DNA of 51,511 bases from Candidatus Woesearchaeota archaeon (GTDB lineage Archaea; Nanobdellota; Nanobdellia; Woesearchaeales; UBA10216): the NCBI GenBank assembly GCA_016180085.1, contig JACPBX010000011.1, positions 1 to 51,511 of the forward strand. The letters run 5' to 3'. The translations under genes were made by a program, and so were the position numbers. Positions within the stretch are counted from its first letter, which is position 1. Each line of letters opens with the position of its first letter. The notes beneath the pieces are model-generated. The model searched no databases. It was not told the origin of the DNA and saw only the letters and a program-made list of their open reading frames with translations. Positions 1 to 10,451 of this stretch are shown piece after piece.

Positions 1-2
1 CT

Positions 3-344
3 GCTGGTGTGGGGCTGAGCGGGCTGCTGATACTCTATTACGACTTTTTCCATCTCCTGCCCAAGAGGTTCGCTTTCACCATCTCCTCATCGCTTGCTGT
101 CAACCTTACAGCTTACCTGGCAATAGTGTTTATCTACACGAACCTGGCAATAGACTGGTACACGCTATTTGCATCGCTTATGCTTTTCCTGATTGCAGCG
201 GCTTTCTTTGCCGTAATTCGCAGGATAGAGCCAAAGCCTGCAGAGCGTTACTACATAAGCAGAGCCGAGCGCATAGTCAGCTCAGTATTGAGGCCGCTTG
301 AGAAGGAGCAGGAAAAGAAAAAATGGAAAGGCAAAAAGAAGTAA
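3..344 (+). CDS. Hypothetical membrane protein, 5'-truncated by the window edge
   Basis: Frame is open to the window start; about 3 hydrophobic segments followed by a basic tail (KKKWKGKKK). Confidence 0.6.
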   Translation, partial: AGVGLSGLLILYYDFFHLLPKRFAFTISSSLAVNLTAYLAIVFIYTNLAIDWYTLFASLMLFLIAAAFFAVIRRIEPKPAERYYISRAERIVSSVLRPLEKEQEKKKWKGKKK

Positions 345-361
345 GGCGTTCACATCACAGC

Positions 362-1363
362 TTATGAACCAGCATACCTTGAATAAGCCGCTTTTGCCTC
401 TTCGGCAGAGCCAGCTTTTACAATCGCCCTTCCGTCCTTGAAGAAAGTGATGTTCCTGAAGCTTACGCACTCTCCAAAGTCAGTGATATTCTCTCCTATC
501 CGCTGCAGCCGTTTCTTCAGCTTTTCCAAGTCAACTGGCTTACCTTTTATCTGGTAAGAATTCCTTCCGCACAGGGTTATGATTTTTGAGCCTTTTTTTC
601 CACTCAGATATTCATAGCTGCTGTTGCTGTTGCAACTGCTGCAGTAGGGATTCTTTTTAACTTGCAATTCAATTAAGTTTGGCTGCCACAAGTTAAGCCG
701 CAGCAACGTGCTTGTTGTTTTTTCTCCGGTAATTATTTTAAGGGCTTCAGTCGCCTGCATTGCCGCTATCGTAATTGTAGCTGAGGCAAGCACCCCGACG
801 GTATCGCATGTTTCTTCAGCAGCTGATTTTCCAAAGACGCATGCGAAACAGGGCGCATTTTTGTTGCCGTTGCTACCGCGAAAATCAAAAGTCATCAGTT
901 GCGCCGTTTCCCTTATTGCTGCGGCATGAATCCACTGCAGCTTGTTTTTCAGGCAATATTCATTTAGCAGGAATCGCGTTTCAAGGTTGTCGGTGCAGTC
1001 CAGCACAACATCAGGAGTTCCAATGAGCTTTGCAATATTTTTGCAGTCAATATCCGCGGCAGCAGCCACAATCTTTATTCCAGAATTTATTTTTCCCAAT
1101 CTCTCGGCAGCAGCCGATGCTTTTGGCTTGCCAACATCACTTTCGTCATACAGCAGCTGGCGTTGCAAGTCAGTCAATTCAACGATATCCCTGTCAATAA
1201 TAACGAGTTTGCCCACGCCGCTGCGTGCCAGAATCTCAGCAGCCACTGTGCCGAGGGCGCCCATTCCAACAATGACTGCCGCGCTTTTCAATAGTTGTTG
1301 CTGCCCTCTTTTGCCGATAAAAGGGAGCAATTCCTGCCTGTTGTAGCGTGAAATTTCTGCCAT
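362..1363 (-). CDS. ThiF/MoeB/HesA family E1-like adenylyltransferase
   Basis: Likely start MAEISRYNRQ at 1363; GMGALG nucleotide-binding loop, DRDIVELTDLQRQ, VLDCTDN, PCFAC and CSSC zinc motifs. Confidence 0.9.
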   Translation of the reverse strand: MAEISRYNRQELLPFIGKRGQQQLLKSAAVIVGMGALGTVAAEILARSGVGKLVIIDRDIVELTDLQRQLLYDESDVGKPKASAAAERLGKINSGIKIVAAAADIDCKNIAKLIGTPDVVLDCTDNLETRFLLNEYCLKNKLQWIHAAAIRETAQLMTFDFRGSNGNKNAPCFACVFGKSAAEETCDTVGVLASATITIAAMQATEALKIITGEKTTSTLLRLNLWQPNLIELQVKKNPYCSSCNSNSSYEYLSGKKGSKIITLCGRNSYQIKGKPVDLEKLKKRLQRIGENITDFGECVSFRNITFFKDGRAIVKAGSAEEAKAAYSRYAGS

Positions 1364-1418
1364 TTCAGGGCGTGGAGGTTGCAAACATTTATTAACCTTC
1401 TCAGTTTGCCTCTTCACA

Positions 1419-2473
1419 ATGAACTCCCGTATAGTGCAGCATGCGAAAGCGCCGGCAGAAAAGGCTGAAACACCTAAAGAAGCCGTATTTCTCTACTCTG
1501 TCCCAACTGCCGTGTTCCTGTTTGACGCCAATATCAAGCTGCTCCAGAAAATGAAGGTCGCCAGCCCGGAAGCCGCTGTTGCCGCCCTCACAAAAGGAGC
1601 GTGGCTCCCTGAGGAAACCGCAGCAATCAAAAAAATCGTGGCAGAAGGAAAAACAGCAATTGTTCTTGGCTTCAAGAAGGAAAGGATGGCTGAGGTTTCA
1701 TTCTCCCAGGACGCAAGGAAGCTGGCAGCAGCCTCTGCTGCAGCAGAAGAAGAGTTCAAAAAGCTGCGCGATATTGTCATAAGCTTCACAAAAAAAGCTG
1801 TTGCTGCATCTGTAAGCGATGACAACCTCATCATACAGGCGTCATCGGCAATTTCCGAGATTAACAAGGCAGCGAACATGCTTGTCAAGCGGCTCAGGGA
1901 GTGGTATGAGCTCTACTGCCCTGAAATTTCTAAGGACATGACAGAGCACGAAGCTTTTGTAAGCGAGATTCTTGGCAGCAGCAAAGCAGAGCTTCTAAAA
2001 AAGCTGAAAATAAGCGAAAAGGAAAGCATGGGCGCCAGTATCGGCAAAAGCGATACAGATAAAATTCTCGCCTTCGCCGCAGCGGTAAAGCAGCTTTACG
2101 AAAAAAGGAAAGACTTGGCCGATTATTTGGCCGTTGTTATGAAAAGGCACTGCCCCAACATTGCGGCAGTTGCAGGCCCTTCCACAGGCGCAGAGCTCAT
2201 GGTTCAGGCAGGCTCGCTCCAGAGGCTGGCGATGCTGCCTTCCTCAACAATACAGCTTCTCCTAAGGCAGGCGTGCTTCACAGCCACCCATTCGTTACAG
2301 CAGCGCCGAGGCAGCAGCAGGGAAGGATAGCAAAGCTTCTGGCAGACAAGATATCAATAGCGGCAAGGGTTGACTATTTCAAGGGCAAATTCGTTGGCGA
2401 CAAACTTCTGGATGAGTTAAAGCAAAAATTGCAGCAACAAAAGCAAAAGCACAGCAAAAGTGAGACCTCATGA
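1419..2473 (+). CDS. nop5: Nop5/Nop56-58 C/D-box RNP protein, interrupted by a frameshifting deletion at about 2258-2261
   Basis: LREWYELYCPE, CPNIAAVAG and LPSSTIQLL lie in one frame; PKAGVLHSHP..GRIAKLLADKISIAARVDYF continues in another. The stop overlaps the fibrillarin ATG. Confidence 0.88.
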
Positions 2474-3123
2474 AGCAAATATTCCAGGGCGTTTTCGCGG
2501 AAGGCAGGAAGCTGTACACGCTAAACAGCACGCTGCAGCAAACATTGTTTGACGAGGAACTCGCTGTGGCTGACGGGAAGGAGTACCGTGGCTGGAATCC
2601 TCTCAGGAGCAAGCTCGCGGCAGCGATAGTGAAGGGGTTAGCGCAGCTGCCAATAGCCAGGAACTCAAAAATCCTTTACCTGGGGGCTGCTCACGGCTAC
2701 ACGCCTTCATTCATTTCAGACATGGCATCAGAAGGCATTGTTTTTGCAGTTGATTTTGCGCCCAGGGTTGTCAGGGACCTGGTGTTCGTTGCCGAAAAAA
2801 GAAAAAACATAATCCCTGTGCTGGCTGATGCAAACCATCCCGAAGCATACTACAACCTTATTGGCGCTGTGGACATAGTTTACCAAGATGTTGCGCAGAA
2901 GAACCAGATTGAAATCTTTGCCAAGAACTGCGGCCTTTTCCTGAAGCCAGGCGGCTATGGCATGCTCGCATTAAAAGCCAGAAGCGTTGACGTGCTGCAG
3001 CAGCCCCAGGGCATATTCCTTACAGCCAAAAAGGAGCTTGAAAAGAAATTTGCAGTTATTGACTACCGGCTTCTTTCGCCGCTGCAGAAGGACCACGCGT
3101 TTTTTGTTTGCCAGAAAGTTTAA
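2470..3123 (+). CDS. flpA: Fibrillarin-like rRNA/tRNA 2'-O-methyltransferase
   Basis: YRGWNPLRSKLAAAI, ILYLGAAHGYT, YQDVAQKNQ and KARSVD motifs; canonical nop5-flpA order. Confidence 0.95.
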   Translation: MKQIFQGVFAEGRKLYTLNSTLQQTLFDEELAVADGKEYRGWNPLRSKLAAAIVKGLAQLPIARNSKILYLGAAHGYTPSFISDMASEGIVFAVDFAPRVVRDLVFVAEKRKNIIPVLADANHPEAYYNLIGAVDIVYQDVAQKNQIEIFAKNCGLFLKPGGYGMLALKARSVDVLQQPQGIFLTAKKELEKKFAVIDYRLLSPLQKDHAFFVCQKV

Positions 3124-3149
3124 AAGCAGCCGTAGCAGAGGAAATCAAG

Positions 3150-4559
3150 ATGCTGCAGCTTCACAACACGCTCACGAGGAAAACAGGGCCATTCAAGCCG
3201 CTTAAAGGCAAAAAAGTCGGGCTTTACTCTTGCGGGCCCACAACCTATAATTATCCACACATCGGCAACTACCGGGCTTATGTCTTCGTTGACCTGCTGA
3301 AGCGCTACCTTCTTTACCGCGGCTACATGGTGAAGCATATCATGAACATTACAGACGTTGATGACAAGACAATAAAAGGCTCAATGGAAGAAGGCGTAAG
3401 CCTGAGTGAGTTCACGGCAAAATACGAAAAGGCGTTCTTTGATGACCTGAAGGCACTCAACATTTTGCCAGCCAACAAATACCCTAAGGCAACCGAACAC
3501 ATCAGGGAAATGGTTGCAATAACAAAAGCGCTTATGAAAAAAGGGCTTGCCTACAAGGGCGAGGACGGCTCGATATACTACAACATCCGCAAATTCAAGG
3601 ATTACGGCAGGCTTGCCAACATAGACATCACAAAGCTGAAGGCAGGGGCATCAGGCAGGGTGAAGAAGGACGAATACACCAAGGACGACGTGCAGGATTT
3701 CGCGCTGTGGAAAGCCTATGATAAAGCTGACGGCAATGTCTTTTGGGAAACCAGTGCAGGGAAAGGGAGACCGGGCTGGCACATAGAGTGCTCAGCCATG
3801 TCAATCAAGAACCTTGGCAAAACTTTTGACATCCACTGCGGTGGTGTAGACCTAATATTCCCGCATCACCAGAACGAGATAGCCCAGTCTGAGGGCTGGA
3901 CCGGCAAGAAGTTTGTCAACTACTGGCTGCATAACGAATGGCTGCTTGTCAACGGCCAAAAGATGTCTAAAAGTCTTGGCAATTTCTTCACGCTCAGGGA
4001 TGTTTTGGCGAAGGGATTTCCTGCTGTTGCCATACGCTACCTGTTGCTGTCAACCCACTACCGCCAGCAGCTGAACTTCACTTTTGAGGGCATTGATGCA
4101 GCAAAGGCGTCTGTGGAGCGGCTGAATGAGCTGATTAGGAAGCTTGGAGGCGTTAAAGGCAGCAGCAAAAGCAGCGTTTTGATTAAAAAAGAGATTTCTG
4201 CCGCGTCAACTGCTTTTGAAAAGGCGATGGACGACGACCTCAACATCAGCGAGGCACTTGCAGCAGTATTTGAATTCGTGAGGCAGATGAACTACCACCT
4301 TGACAACAGCACGATTGACAAAATATCCGCAGCAGCCGCAATCAATTTTCTAAAAAAAGTCGATTCTGTTCTTGGCGTAATGAGCTTTGAGGCAGAGGAA
4401 AAGCTGCCAAAAGAGCTTATGAGGCTGGTTGAGCAGCGAGAAAAATTGAGAGAAGAAAAGAAATTCGCTGAGGCGGATAAAATCCGCGCTCAGCTAAGGG
4501 AGAAAGGCATCCAGCTTGACGACACGGCAGAGGGTGTGAAGTGGAAAAAGATAGTCTGA
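3150..4559 (+). CDS. cysS: Cysteine--tRNA ligase
   Basis: Start [11 protein letters not shown] at 3150; [36 protein letters not shown] and KMSKS motifs. Confidence 0.97.
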   Translation: MLQLHNTLTRKTGPFKPLKGKKVGLYSCGPTTYNYPHIGNYRAYVFVDLLKRYLLYRGYMVKHIMNITDVDDKTIKGSMEEGVSLSEFTAKYEKAFFDDLKALNILPANKYPKATEHIREMVAITKALMKKGLAYKGEDGSIYYNIRKFKDYGRLANIDITKLKAGASGRVKKDEYTKDDVQDFALWKAYDKADGNVFWETSAGKGRPGWHIECSAMSIKNLGKTFDIHCGGVDLIFPHHQNEIAQSEGWTGKKFVNYWLHNEWLLVNGQKMSKSLGNFFTLRDVLAKGFPAVAIRYLLLSTHYRQQLNFTFEGIDAAKASVERLNELIRKLGGVKGSSKSSVLIKKEISAASTAFEKAMDDDLNISEALAAVFEFVRQMNYHLDNSTIDKISAAAAINFLKKVDSVLGVMSFEAEEKLPKELMRLVEQREKLREEKKFAEADKIRAQLREKGIQLDDTAEGVKWKKIV

Positions 4560-4565
4560 CTTTAT

Positions 4566-6359
4566 TCAATGAAGGTTTCTTTGTTTTGGCAGCGTGAAGC
4601 TGAATGTTGAGCCTTTGCCAATGCTTGAGCGCACGCCTATCTCCCCGCCATGCCGTTCTATGATGTATTTGCAGATTGAGAGGCCAAGGCCTGTGCCGCC
4701 TGTTTTCCTGTTTGACTGGCTGTCAATCTGGTAGAACTTCTGGAACAGCTTCGGAATGTCCTTCTTGGCTATGCCTATGCCGTTGTCCCTGACATCCACT
4801 TGGATGTAATCCCTTTCGTTGCTGGCTTTTAGCACAATCCTTGGCTTTGGCTGGGAAAATTTCAAGGCATTCCCAACAAGGTTCATGAACACCTGCTTTA
4901 CCTTGTCCTCGTCAGCCCTGATTACAGGCAGGTTGTCCGGGCACAATATGGCAATTATGGCGTTATTGTCCTTCTCAAGCTTCACCAACTCCTTCTTGTA
5001 GCCATTCAGGAAAGCAGTCAGGCTGAAATCCGTGAAGTTGAAAGGCATCTTTCCTGATTCAATCTTCTGGATGTCAAGCAGGTCGCTTATAAGGTCGGTA
5101 AGCCTTTCGTTTTCCTTGTTGACTATGCCGAGAAACTCCTTCTGCTGCTCGTTGACAGGGCCAACGTCTCCGTCAAGTACAAGCGAGACATAGCCTTTTA
5201 TGCTGGTCAATGGAGTCCTGAGCTCGTGCGAGACAGTGCTGACAAAATCTGATTTTATCCTGTTAAGCATTGTCAGCTCCTCATTCGCCTCTTTGAGGCT
5301 TTTCGTCGCAAGGGCTATCCTCTTTTTCAAAAGCTCATTGAAGCCGGCGATTTTGGAGTAAAGCTCGGCGTTTTTAATTGCGACAGAGGCCTGCTCGGCA
5401 AGGGCGGATGCAAAAAGAAGGTCATCGTTGTCAAAGGCATTGGGCCTGTTGCTTTCTATGTTGAAAACGCCTATGACCTTGCCCCGGTATTTTATTGGCA
5501 CGGCCATTTCTGATATGATGTTTGGGTGCTTCATTACAGGAATGTACGAAGGATGCCTGGTGACGTCGCTGATTACTGCGGGTTTGCCTGTCTTTGCGAC
5601 CCCGCCCACAATGCCCTCGCCCACTTTTGCAGAGTAGCTTCTTATCTCTTCCTTAGTCAGGCCTATGGCAGCTTTAATGAAAAGCCTGTTCCTCTTTATG
5701 GGGGATATCGTGGTGTACTCGTAATCAAGCTCCTTTGCTGCCAGCTGAAGTATGGTATTCAGAACAGTTCCCAGGTTCAGGCTTGAATTGATTGTCTTGC
5801 CTGACTCATAAAGGTTTTCCAGCCTTTTAACAGCGCTCGCTTGGGAGTTGTAAAGCCTTGCATTCTCGATTGCTATCACGAGCTGGTCTGCTATTGCAGA
5901 CATTATCCTGATATCTTCTTTGCTGAAGTCGTTCTTGGTCTTGCTTTCTATGCTGTACACGCCTATGACCCTGTTCCTCGATTTCAGGGGCACGGCTATC
6001 TCAGACTTATTGCCGGGGACTATGGTTATGTAAAAAGGGATTTTTGAAATGTCATTGATTATCAAAGGCTTCCCGCTCTTTGCAACCCTGCCTGTAACGC
6101 CTGTGCCAATTGGTATTTTGAAGTTGTGGAACTTTTTCCTGTCATAGCCGTAGCCGTCCTTTACCACGAGGCTGTTTCCCTCGACCAGCAGAAGGCTGCA
6201 GTTGTGGTAATGGAATTTCTTAATCGTGGCATTAACAACGTACTTGAGAATCTTGTCAACGTCAAAAGTCGAGTTTATCTTTTTGCCAGTCTCGTAAAGT
6301 ATGGACAGAACCTGGGACATGCTCCTGGCCATGTTTCGGTGCTGGTGGCTGCTTAGCAT
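4566..6359 (-). CDS. Soluble sensor histidine kinase (GAF-GAF-HisKA-HATPase)
   Basis: Two GAF repeats (SEIAVPLK..VIGV, SEMAVPIK..VIGV); H-box SHELRTPLTSI, N-box NLVGNALKF, DNGIGI, GGTGLGLSI. Confidence 0.95.
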   Translation of the reverse strand: MLSSHQHRNMARSMSQVLSILYETGKKINSTFDVDKILKYVVNATIKKFHYHNCSLLLVEGNSLVVKDGYGYDRKKFHNFKIPIGTGVTGRVAKSGKPLIINDISKIPFYITIVPGNKSEIAVPLKSRNRVIGVYSIESKTKNDFSKEDIRIMSAIADQLVIAIENARLYNSQASAVKRLENLYESGKTINSSLNLGTVLNTILQLAAKELDYEYTTISPIKRNRLFIKAAIGLTKEEIRSYSAKVGEGIVGGVAKTGKPAVISDVTRHPSYIPVMKHPNIISEMAVPIKYRGKVIGVFNIESNRPNAFDNDDLLFASALAEQASVAIKNAELYSKIAGFNELLKKRIALATKSLKEANEELTMLNRIKSDFVSTVSHELRTPLTSIKGYVSLVLDGDVGPVNEQQKEFLGIVNKENERLTDLISDLLDIQKIESGKMPFNFTDFSLTAFLNGYKKELVKLEKDNNAIIAILCPDNLPVIRADEDKVKQVFMNLVGNALKFSQPKPRIVLKASNERDYIQVDVRDNGIGIAKKDIPKLFQKFYQIDSQSNRKTGGTGLGLSICKYIIERHGGEIGVRSSIGKGSTFSFTLPKQRNLH

Positions 6360-6451
6360 GCCTTCAGCAGGCTCTGCAACGATTATTTAAACCCTTCGCA
6401 AAGGTTTATAAGCAGACCCTGACTTCCACTACTTATAAGTGACATGAAAAA

Positions 6452-7621
6452 ATGACGCGGCAGTTGCAAGGCACAAGTGCACCTTTGGAGGCAAGGCTTG
6501 CCCAATTAGCGAATAGATATCTCACTAGCAGGGATATGAATCTCGGGTTAGCTCCAGTAAGCATTGCAGCTGTTTCAGCAGCCCTGCCCCAGCTGAGAAA
6601 TGACTTTATCGGGCTAAACGTCAGCGGCTCGGCCCTCAAAGGCGAGTCTTTGGAACATCTGGCTGAAGCACTGGCCCTTTTGTCCGGGGCAGGCGTTACT
6701 GTTTTCGTTCATTATGGCGCTCAGGAGCAGATTGATGAATTTGTAAGGGAAAGCCCTGAGCTGGGTGAAGAGGTAAGGCTGCTATCGGCTATAAAGGTCG
6801 GCGGGAAGCGTTACACACCCACTGAGCTAATGCCACATCTTGTTAAAATAGCTGATATGAACGGCGCAGGACTCATGAATTCTGTTTTAAGAAACGGGGG
6901 AAACGCGCAAGCTTTCGGAAGTTCACTTTTTATGGGCCGCCTTGACAAGAGCACAGAGTTTGAAGATCCGGAAACAGGACAGCCACTCGGCAATAGTTGT
7001 TACGCCACCCTGCCTGTTGACCCAAGACTGGAAGTGAAGACGGAAAAACTGCGGCAAATGACAGACTACCTTACAGGCAAACGTTATCATAATGGCAGCA
7101 GCGCAAAAGGCCGCATTGTCATCAGGACGTTTATGGTAACGTACCGAGGTCCTAATGGCGAGGAAAGGGCAGCCAATGGCGATAAGGATAACGTTGGAGA
7201 TGCCATGGCATACTGGGCGATCAGAAGGCCAATTAGTCCGGTCATGTTAGACAGTGGGGAGTACGAATTAAGGACGCCTGAACGGCTTCACGCCATTACT
7301 GTAACCCCCAGCAGCGGGTTGAGAAAAGGACCTGCGCGTTACATGCGGCTAATTGAGACAGTAACCTCTCCAGAAGACTTGAGCAGGTATAATATAGAGG
7401 ACGGGATGTATGTCAAGATGCGTTCAAAATGGCAGCTGGCTGTGCAAGCAACAAAGCGGGGAGCACGTCTCATGGCAAATGTTATCGGGGTGGAAGACTT
7501 TCTGCCTTCACTGTTTACAAGCCAGGTTGCTTTTGGCACCACAATTGCCCCTCAAGGCGTTGAAAGGCTTACCAGACAGTTTTACGGCCAAGACTTGGCC
7601 ACAGAAGTTAGATTAAGGTAA
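6452..7621 (+). CDS. Divergent amino-acid-kinase (ArgB/ArgA AAK-fold) protein 1, probably non-catalytic
   Basis: LNVSG (first Lys replaced), VHYGAQEQID (resembles the ArgA kinase-like domain), GKRYT, GMYVK, C-terminal LFT..FGTTI. Confidence 0.7.
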   Translation: MTRQLQGTSAPLEARLAQLANRYLTSRDMNLGLAPVSIAAVSAALPQLRNDFIGLNVSGSALKGESLEHLAEALALLSGAGVTVFVHYGAQEQIDEFVRESPELGEEVRLLSAIKVGGKRYTPTELMPHLVKIADMNGAGLMNSVLRNGGNAQAFGSSLFMGRLDKSTEFEDPETGQPLGNSCYATLPVDPRLEVKTEKLRQMTDYLTGKRYHNGSSAKGRIVIRTFMVTYRGPNGEERAANGDKDNVGDAMAYWAIRRPISPVMLDSGEYELRTPERLHAITVTPSSGLRKGPARYMRLIETVTSPEDLSRYNIEDGMYVKMRSKWQLAVQATKRGARLMANVIGVEDFLPSLFTSQVAFGTTIAPQGVERLTRQFYGQDLATEVRLR

Positions 7622-7651
7622 CGTTATTTACAAAGCAGCCATGATATTGTA

Positions 7652-8752
7652 ATGGGAAAGGTAAGGGAGAAGATGATGGAGGACATTAAGGATATTGGTA
7701 GCAGGCGAGTAGACGCCCTCGAGCGGATAGTTGCAAGCCATCGGGAAATAACGATGGAGTCTGCTTTGCCGATGATTCGGCGATACAGGCATCGTGTGCC
7801 GTTTGCCGTTGTTAAAATGAGTGGTGAGTACTTTGTTGAAGGAAGGATTCAACGAAGCGCCCGGGATTTGGCTGATTTATCGCTGCTGTTACCGATAATG
7901 TTGGCGCTTGGAAGCGGCGAGCCCCTCAGTGAGAGGCTTGGCTATACCAACAAATACCGCGGGATAAGGATAACAAAGCCTGAAGAGATGCCCACGGTAG
8001 TACAAGTGGCCGAAGAGCTAACGCGTGACCTTGTTCAACGAATTGAAGCTTACAACGGGAGGGCAGAGGCTGTCATTCCCACTCCCGCCAATCCCATTTT
8101 TAATTTTGACTGGCTAGAGCATATAAAGGACGATGAGGGGAGACCGTTCTACGTTGGAGAGGTTGGCATTGCGCCAATCGGAGAGGAAGCAAGGTGCATG
8201 AACGTAGAAGATGCCAGGAGCTTAGTGGCGACTGTTGGGGAAGGGCGTATGCCTGTTATCAGCCCTATCGTATACCACGCTTTAAGGTCCACGCTTGGAG
8301 TGCCTTCTAAGGTCCGCAAGCCCTTGAATCCCGACGCTGATGACATTGCACGCGTAGTTACGGACTTTACAGGGCCGGAATGGCTTGTCTTTGTGACAGA
8401 AAATGCTGGCAGCCTCAGCATAGATTTGGAGAAAGCAAAATGGTACGCCGAAAAACAATACACCATGGAGCTAATAAAACAGCTTTTTCCCGAGAGTCCT
8501 AAACTTCAGGAGCACTACAGGAACGCGGATTGGAAAGTCGAAGCAGCTATAAGTATGGCTCTGAATGGGCATAAAGTTGCAGTTGTGGACTATCAAAACT
8601 TATTGCCATTTTTGTTAAGTAGGGGTAAAAACAGTGAGCGTTATAGCCGTGCAGTCCTGAATGAAAGTTTCGGGAAGCAACTAAGACTGGCACGATTAAG
8701 GCGAGCGGAAGAAGTGAGGAGGCTGGAAACTCCCCCCTATCGTCCTCATTAG
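7652..8752 (+). CDS. Divergent amino-acid-kinase (ArgB-like) protein 2
   Basis: FAVVKMSG, LALGSGE, GIRIT, MPVISPI, LNPDAD, LVFVTE, DWKVEAA. Confidence 0.72.
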   Translation: MGKVREKMMEDIKDIGSRRVDALERIVASHREITMESALPMIRRYRHRVPFAVVKMSGEYFVEGRIQRSARDLADLSLLLPIMLALGSGEPLSERLGYTNKYRGIRITKPEEMPTVVQVAEELTRDLVQRIEAYNGRAEAVIPTPANPIFNFDWLEHIKDDEGRPFYVGEVGIAPIGEEARCMNVEDARSLVATVGEGRMPVISPIVYHALRSTLGVPSKVRKPLNPDADDIARVVTDFTGPEWLVFVTENAGSLSIDLEKAKWYAEKQYTMELIKQLFPESPKLQEHYRNADWKVEAAISMALNGHKVAVVDYQNLLPFLLSRGKNSERYSRAVLNESFGKQLRLARLRRAEEVRRLETPPYRPH

Positions 8753-8853
8753 TTTGGTTCAAATTTCGGGAGACAATTACCGGAAGCACAGGATTGTTGC
8801 AGATACAAGGCAAAGGTAGCTTTCACTGCCAAAACAAAAATTAAAGTGACAAA

Positions 8854-9909
8854 ATGCCGCCAAAAACCTCTCTTTCTCACAGGCCTGACTTGGAGTTTCA
8901 AGTGGCTGGTTCCCCTGCACAAACCTCACTCAGGCAGCTTGCAGGGAAGTATGACTTTGACATTCCAGCGACGGTTGATTGGCTGAATCACTACCGGAGC
9001 AAGGTTCCTGACTTTCTGCTGAAGATAAGCGGAGCCTGCCTAACACCAGACATGGCAGAGGACATAGCCCTCCTTTCAAAAGTTATTCCACTGGCAGTTG
9101 TAGTTGGAGGTGGTGATGAGATAACAGTCAGGTGTAACCAGCTTGACATTCCGGTAGAGAAGTACGGGCCATGGCGCGTTACAACAAAGAAGGTGTTGGA
9201 GGTTGTTGTCGATGTCATGACAAGGATGGCGAATTACTTTTCCGGGCTGATTAATAAGTACGGCGGCAAAGCCTTTCCGTTGGTAGGCACACCAACAAGG
9301 CCATTAATATTTGCCAACAAGCTCGAGAGATTTCCAGTAAATATAGAAGGAAAGGAAATAGAAGCAGGCTATTTCGGTGTCATTCCTGAAGCCCAGGTAA
9401 AGAAGTATTTGGGCAGCAGTTTACTCGAAAGAATAGTGAATGCCGAGCCCGATGAAGTCCCTGTTGTAGCAGCACTTGGGCATCAGTACGAGCCAGCCAT
9501 GCCTGACGGCGGTTACCAGGCTCTCAACATTGACGGTGACGATGCTGTGAAGCTGATTGCGAACCATGTCCCTGCTCAAGAGGTTTTTATTGTCACGCCA
9601 AGCGGCGGTGTGAAGGAGCAGAGGCAGGGGACGGCACCTGACATTGTGCCGCTGTTGCCATATTCCGAGTTCATGGCAAGAAGGAGCGGCTTGCTGATAG
9701 ACGAAGGGATGGACTGGAAGCTAAAAGCAGCATTCAGGATACTTAATTACGGCAGGGCAGGAGTGGCACTTTTATCTCCCGCAGATTTTGTGCCTTATCT
9801 GCTCGACAGAGATGAAAGGATGTCTTTTGATAATGTTCCCGGACTCAGAGGCTTGCCCCCTCACCGTAACGGCTTCTACGGCACAACGCTGGTCTCATCT
9901 GAAACCTAA
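8854..9909 (+). CDS. Divergent amino-acid-kinase (ArgB-like) protein 3, the most intact motif set
   Basis: LLKISG, VVVGGG, WRVTT, PVVAALG, LNIDGD, GMDWKLKAA, GTTLV. Confidence 0.78.
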   Translation: MPPKTSLSHRPDLEFQVAGSPAQTSLRQLAGKYDFDIPATVDWLNHYRSKVPDFLLKISGACLTPDMAEDIALLSKVIPLAVVVGGGDEITVRCNQLDIPVEKYGPWRVTTKKVLEVVVDVMTRMANYFSGLINKYGGKAFPLVGTPTRPLIFANKLERFPVNIEGKEIEAGYFGVIPEAQVKKYLGSSLLERIVNAEPDEVPVVAALGHQYEPAMPDGGYQALNIDGDDAVKLIANHVPAQEVFIVTPSGGVKEQRQGTAPDIVPLLPYSEFMARRSGLLIDEGMDWKLKAAFRILNYGRAGVALLSPADFVPYLLDRDERMSFDNVPGLRGLPPHRNGFYGTTLVSSET

Positions 9910-9946
9910 CAAGAAATACGATTGAGAAATGGTCAAAATGTATGGC

Positions 9947-10315
9947 TTACTCAAGGCACTCCTCAACCTTCTCAAGAAGCTCCTGCTTGTCAAAAGGCTT
10001 CGTAACGTAGTCCATCGCGCCAGAGTCTATGCCTTTCATCTTGTCCTCAAACTGCGCTTTGGAGCTCAGCATGAGTATTGGAATCGCCCTTGTTGCGGCA
10101 TTTGCCCTTATCTTCTTGGCAGCCTCAAACCCGTCCATCCCTGGCATCATCACGTCAAGGATTATAAGGCCCGGCTTTTCATTCTTCAGCTTTTCAAGGC
10201 ACTCTGAACCGCTGCTTGCCTCTATTGCCTCATAGCCGTTGCTTTTCAGAATGAAGGAAACAAGTTTCAGTATGTTCGGCTCATCGTCAACAACCAGAAT
10301 TTTCTTCCCAGCCAT
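9947..10315 (-). CDS. Single-domain response regulator (REC)
   Basis: Start MAGKKILVVDDEP at 10315; ILDVMMPGMDG phospho-Asp, LSSK, YVTKPF. Confidence 0.95.
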   Translation of the reverse strand: MAGKKILVVDDEPNILKLVSFILKSNGYEAIEASSGSECLEKLKNEKPGLIILDVMMPGMDGFEAAKKIRANAATRAIPILMLSSKAQFEDKMKGIDSGAMDYVTKPFDKQELLEKVEECLE

Positions 10316-10451
10316 AAAATCCCACCAGAAGCCAAGGCTGTCTCTTTGCATATAAAAGTCTTTTGCTTCGCCGCAGGATAAACAAAAACATTAATAAACC
10401 AGTCTCACTCTGGCTTGGTGAGAGGCAGGAATTAAAAAAGGGGTGTAGATT

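Noticed and set aside
2250-2280. Programmed ribosomal frameshifting in nop5 (and atpB)
   Set aside because: Conserved residues are physically missing at both junctions and there is no slippery heptamer, so a frameshift alone could not restore the protein.
6431-8856. Shared AAGTGACA motif before AAK copies 1 and 3 as a regulon box
   Set aside because: Adequately explained as a GTGA-type ribosome-binding site.
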